A stretch of DNA of 64,000 nt from Planctomycetota bacterium (GTDB lineage Bacteria; Planctomycetota; UBA1135; UBA2386), in assembly GCA_965223545.1 (NCBI GenBank), contig OZ245006.1:6464001-6528000 (forward strand), in the 5' to 3' direction. Made by a program: the position numbers and the translations under genes. Positions 59,988 to 64,000 of the stretch are shown piece by piece; the stretch's first letter is position 1; the number at the start of each line of letters is the position of its first letter. The notes under the pieces were generated by a model. The model saw only the letters and a list, made by a program, of their open reading frames with translations, was not told where the DNA came from and made no database searches.

Positions 59988-62036
59988 ATGCACACGATGC
60001 CGAAGGGCGATGCGGTTCGCCGTGTCAGCTGGTTGCTTGTGGCCTGTGCGGTCCAACCGCTCGCTGCGCAAGAGCGGTCTCCCGAGTTCCGCCGAGAGAA
60101 CGACGCGTTCGTCGCGACCGGCGCCGGCTACGACGCGCGCGTCGCCCGGCAGGGGTTTCGCGTCCGTGCGCTGCGGGGCGGTGCGCGGCGGACTCCCGCG
60201 GTCTTCGAGGCGAGGCTGTCGCGCCTCGGTCGCGCGGGTGCGTCCGCCGGCGGGGCGGGCTGTGGCGAGGCTGTGAGTCTCGACCGATCCCGGCCGGACG
60301 AGGTTCGCGTTGGGTACGGTTCGGTGACCGAGATCCATCAGGCGCGCCGGGATGGCCTCGAGGTCAGCTACTTGCTCGACGAGATCCCCGACGGTGAAGG
60401 AGACCTGGTGATCCGCTTGGCCGTGGAAGCGACGGATGCCGCGGCGGTGGCGGGCCAAAAAGTCGAGGAGCTGTGGTACGGGGACCCCACGTCGGGCATC
60501 CACGTCGGTGCGGTCACCGGAATCGACGCCGCCGGGCGGCGGGTTCGTGGATGGCTGCGCGCGTCCGCCGGTTGTATGGAGCTGGGTTTGCCTGCCGATT
60601 TCGTCGACTCTGCGACACTGCCGGTGCTCGTCGACCCCCTGGTTGGGCCGGCGTTCACGACCGTGTCCTGGTGGGGAGGCCCGGGGAGTTCGGATGCCGC
60701 CGTTGCCTACAGTTCGGCTGCCGACCGATACCTGATCGGATACTGCGACTACAACTGGCTCTTTTTCCATCAGATGGTGGGGGGGGTGCTCGTGGATTCG
60801 GCCGGTGGTCCTCCGGGGTGGGTCTACGTCGGAGGAGCGCACCTTGACGATCACGTCCTAACTGGCCTCGGCTACGTGCGTGGCCCCGATGCCTTCTTCT
60901 TGCTGTACGGTCACGTGTACGGTGCGGATTGGATCTGTTCGATCGATCCGACGACCGCACAGATCGCATACCGCTACACGGGGCGGCAGTTCACCTGCTG
61001 CAGCGCCTCCGGCGACAGTCGGCGGCACGGCGATCGCTTCTTCGTGGCGGGCCCCGGAGCGGTCACTGCCTTTTCGATGGGATACACGGGGGTCATCAAG
61101 GAAGAGGGGAGGCTGACCGGGCTCGGCACCAACTGTCTGCAACTCAGCTCGCATGGTGGCGAGGACGGGCGTTGGCTCGCCGTCGAGAGCAGTGGCAGCA
61201 CCCTGAACGGAGTCGTGTTCGCAGAAGATCTGAGCGTGCTGTTTTCGGGGCCGCTGGTCAGTGGGGGAGCGGGTGTAACCACGCGTCGAGAGGTGCACCT
61301 CGATGGAGATGGCAATCACTGGATGCTGGCCTACGAGACCTCGGGGGCAGTCGGTGCCGACCTGCGCTGCCTACCCGTGTTCTGGGACTCTTCGGCCAAG
61401 GCCGTTTACACGGGGAGCGAGGCCCTTGTCGCAAGAGGGGCGACCCGGCCGCGTGTCGCGTTCATGGGGGGATCGACCCTGATCGCATACGCGCGGCAGT
61501 TCTCGGGGGCGGTCGTCACCGTCGATCCGTTCGATGCCGCCATAGTCGAGGGGCCGCTCGCGGGCGCGGGCCCAGCCGATGTCGCCGGCAACGCGGGGTG
61601 GACCCACCAAGTAGGCGATGAAGCCTTGCTCCAGTGGTCGATGGGCCAGTGGTTTCGTGCGGCTGACGGTGTCGTTCAAGACCTCGGCGGCGGTTGCGGA
61701 GAAGCCGGCTGGATCGCCGCCTCGAGTGCCGTGGCCGGCAATGGCGGCTTTGCCCTGCGCCTGCGCGACGCCACTCCCGGTGGAATCGCGGTTGCGCTGC
61801 TCTCGGCAACGGGCGGGAACGTGCCTTGTGGGCCGTGCACGGTGGTGCCGGATTTGACGGCCGCCGTCGCCGCCCCCTACATCGCCGATGCACGGGGAAA
61901 TGCGGCGGTGAAACTGTCCCTTCCGGTCGGTGTGTTTCCGACGTTCGTCGCTCAGTGGGCCGTTCTGAAGTCGGCGGGTGCTGCGTGCTCCATCGGGGTG
62001 GATCTGACGAATGCGGTCAGCGTGACGGTCGGGTGA
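59988..62036 (+). CDS. Secreted hypothetical protein with C-terminal module
   Basis: Signal-like 'VSWLLVACAVQPLAAQ'; 'GIDAAGRR...LPVLVDP' N-domain; tail 'LGGGC...VAQW...LTNAVSVTVG'. Confidence 0.78.
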   Translation: MHTMPKGDAVRRVSWLLVACAVQPLAAQERSPEFRRENDAFVATGAGYDARVARQGFRVRALRGGARRTPAVFEARLSRLGRAGASAGGAGCGEAVSLDRSRPDEVRVGYGSVTEIHQARRDGLEVSYLLDEIPDGEGDLVIRLAVEATDAAAVAGQKVEELWYGDPTSGIHVGAVTGIDAAGRRVRGWLRASAGCMELGLPADFVDSATLPVLVDPLVGPAFTTVSWWGGPGSSDAAVAYSSAADRYLIGYCDYNWLFFHQMVGGVLVDSAGGPPGWVYVGGAHLDDHVLTGLGYVRGPDAFFLLYGHVYGADWICSIDPTTAQIAYRYTGRQFTCCSASGDSRRHGDRFFVAGPGAVTAFSMGYTGVIKEEGRLTGLGTNCLQLSSHGGEDGRWLAVESSGSTLNGVVFAEDLSVLFSGPLVSGGAGVTTRREVHLDGDGNHWMLAYETSGAVGADLRCLPVFWDSSAKAVYTGSEALVARGATRPRVAFMGGSTLIAYARQFSGAVVTVDPFDAAIVEGPLAGAGPADVAGNAGWTHQVGDEALLQWSMGQWFRAADGVVQDLGGGCGEAGWIAASSAVAGNGGFALRLRDATPGGIAVALLSATGGNVPCGPCTVVPDLTAAVAAPYIADARGNAAVKLSLPVGVFPTFVAQWAVLKSAGAACSIGVDLTNAVSVTVG

Positions 62037-62116
62037 TCGGAAGGCGGCGATCTCGCGGGCTGGCGACTCGAGTCCGGTCTGACAAACAAGGCTCAAGCGC
62101 TGCCACCGGACTTTCA

Positions 62117-62803
62117 TTACGACTCTTTGTGGGGCTCGGCGTCATCCCGATCCCCACCGTGATCAACAATTTCACACACGTCGGCTGGAAAGGCCAAACT
62201 GTTCAAGAGCGGAGCGTTCTCGCGCCACCACCGCGCTGCGTCAGGGCTTGTTTGCTCCAGTGCATCGATGGCGGCGGTGACGCCCACCCAGTAGCCGCGC
62301 CGATAGACCGTTGCTTTGCCACGAAGCACGGCCCATAGCGCTTTCACAAACGTCTCGGGTGCGCTGAGAACACCGAAGCCGACGATTCTCGTCTCCCGTG
62401 CCTGACTCAGCGTGACGGGGATTTCGACCCCGATCCATGCATTTCGAATGGCCTCGGGGGCTTCTCCCGGAGGCAGCGCGACAATCCGAAGGAATCGCGA
62501 GCCACTCAGGAGTTCATCGATCTGATCCCAGTCGATCACTCGGTCTAGCACGGGCCAAACATGCCTGAAGACGAAGAAATGCATGACGTCACGTCCGCAG
62601 AATCCGACAAGGATTGCCCCCCAGGCCAAGAAGACGAGGGGGGTCTCCAAGAACCACCAGTGGAGAGTGGTCACGAGAGCAGCCACAACCAGAGCCAAGA
62701 GCCAAAGATGCAGCGTCAACGCAAGGAAGGCGGCGCTGCCGCGCGACCTGAGGCGACGGAGACCGTCGAGGGCCTCGAGCTGGTGGTCGGTCAGTTCCAT
62801 CAC
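62117..62803 (-). CDS. Hypothetical membrane protein
   Basis: 228 aa, two N-terminal transmembrane helices, lower-GC codon usage, AGGAG RBS upstream. Confidence 0.6.
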   Translation of the reverse strand: MMELTDHQLEALDGLRRLRSRGSAAFLALTLHLWLLALVVAALVTTLHWWFLETPLVFLAWGAILVGFCGRDVMHFFVFRHVWPVLDRVIDWDQIDELLSGSRFLRIVALPPGEAPEAIRNAWIGVEIPVTLSQARETRIVGFGVLSAPETFVKALWAVLRGKATVYRRGYWVGVTAAIDALEQTSPDAARWWRENAPLLNSLAFPADVCEIVDHGGDRDDAEPHKES

Positions 62804-63167
62804 ACACTCCTGGGTTCGGCAAGCGCACTGGGGGCATCTCGTTCTCGGCAGTGTACGTGCCCACGGCCCACGGCTGGCCGGCCAGCCAACGAGCGTTGTG
62901 TGACCGATCGTTCCAGCGGGGCGCGCCTCAACCGGTCAACCGGAGCGACGCGGTGGGCGCCAGAGGTGGGGTTTCTTGGAATCCGCAGCCGTCAAAGTAC
63001 TCTGGCCACGGAGACCAGACGCCCTGCTGATCAGTACGTTCCAGGTCGCAGTCCGATGATTTCGATCAACGTCAGCCGGTGACCGCTCAGCGAACCCCCG
63101 AAGGCCCACTCTGCGCAGTCGAGGAGTTGTAGGCAAACCGACCAACCGAGGGCGGAAAACGCAAACC

Positions 63168-63505
63168 GCATCTACTGGGCGAGGCGGCAAGCCCGAGCTG
63201 CGGCGGCGCCTACCTCCGCGCCAGCGGTATCGGACTTCGGGGAGCTGGTGGTCGCTGCGGACCCGTCGCCGCGACGAGCAGCGGCCATTGAGTTGCGGGT
63301 GCCGTCGGGCGCGGTGGTCGGTGTGCAGCGCGACTTCGACGAAGCGACGCTCCGACGGCTGCTCGGAGTCCTGTTGCCATGCTGAGCTTTCCGCCCTCGC
63401 CGTAAGTCAAGATCTTCGTTTGCCGGAAGCCGGTGGACATGAGGAAGAGCTTCAGCGGTCTGTCCAGTGCGGTCATCGACGTGGTCGACCACGACCTGGT
63501 TCGCT
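63168..63505 (+). mobile_element. tnpB: IS66-family remnant: tnpA 3' end plus tnpB 5' end with an internal stop
   Basis: 'FGELVV...IELRVPSGAVVGVQRDFDEATLRRLL' then ATGCTGA overlap and 'MLSFPPSP*VKIFVCRKPVDMRKSFSGL'; no tnpC. Confidence 0.85.
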
Positions 63506-63509
63506 CCAA

Positions 63510-63776
63510 GCGCGCACGGCAGAGACGGCGGAGCTCGTGTGAGAGTGCACCGAGTCGGAGTCGCCGCGGTTGCTCCGCGTGCACCCCGACGGCTCGCGCC
63601 TCTTGGCCGGCACGGATACGGGACGAATCCTCGTCCTCGACGCCTCCGACGGTCGCTTGCTCGTCGCGCTCGGTGGACACACCAGTGCGGTGTACGGGCT
63701 GTGCTTCGTCGAGGGCACGGAGACCTTGCTGTCGACGTCGCGCTCCGGGAGGTTGCGGGTCTGGAAGATGGACTGA
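63510..63776 (+). pseudogene. C-terminal fragment of a WD40-repeat protein
   Basis: 'HPDGSRLLAGTDTGRILVLD...LGGHTSAVYGLCF...LLSTSRSGRLRVW'; upstream in-frame stop; abuts the IS66 remnant. Confidence 0.65.
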
Positions 63777-63923
63777 GGCCGCGCGGTGGGGGGGGCGCGG
63801 CGACGGCGGACCGGCTGCAGCGTCCTCGAGCTGGGCCGTTCGCTCCTCCCTCCCGGGGTTGTGGCGGCGACGATGGCCCCCCTAAGATCGCCGGCCGATC
63901 GTTCCTGTTCAGGAGGTGTTGGA

Positions 63924-64000
63924 ATGAGCTCAGGCGGCGAACCGCAGCCCGCGAGCACTGGCGCGCGTAAGAAGCCTCCGGCTCTACTGAAACCCGCCCT
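63924..64000 (+). CDS. Possible 5' end of a gene running off the window
   Basis: AGGAGGT at 63911-63917, ATG 63924, frame open to the window end. Confidence 0.35.
   Translation, partial: MSSGGEPQPASTGARKKPPALLKPA

Noticed and set aside
62071..62112. 8-bp inverted repeat AGTCCGGT/ACCGGACT between convergent genes
   Set aside because: Long loop, single occurrence and no clear U-tract; not enough to call a terminator or mobile end.

Overview
A 64 kb, very GC-rich bacterial window. The gene content points to a Planctomycetota-like genome (inference): ECF sigma factors beside Ser/Thr kinases, DUF1080, and many secreted FG-GAP, Kelch and PKD proteins. It holds about 35 genes, mostly secreted hydrolases and repeat proteins plus cell-envelope glycosylation enzymes. 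A block at about 30-46 kb carries two Ser/Thr kinases, two ECF sigma factors, an IS21 remnant and a 2322-aa PKD surface protein with an 8 x 249-bp tandem array. A five-gene cluster at 50-57 kb encodes a B12-dependent radical SAM enzyme, a beta-hydroxylase, a GT2, a YfhO protein and a 2OG-oxygenase. No rRNA, tRNA or CRISPR array was seen. Three signals stand out. (1) Six co-oriented ~30-bp GTAC-tagged palindromic repeats of two co-varying types occur in three pairs, and each pair tightly brackets one secreted peptidase/hydrolase gene like a cassette. (2) A recurrent ~110-130-aa module that I do not recognise is appended to up to nine unrelated secreted proteins and is a candidate sorting or anchoring domain. 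(3) A frameshifted, inverted copy of the giant gene's 3' end lies just upstream of that gene. All calls come from reading motifs by eye; no database searches were run.
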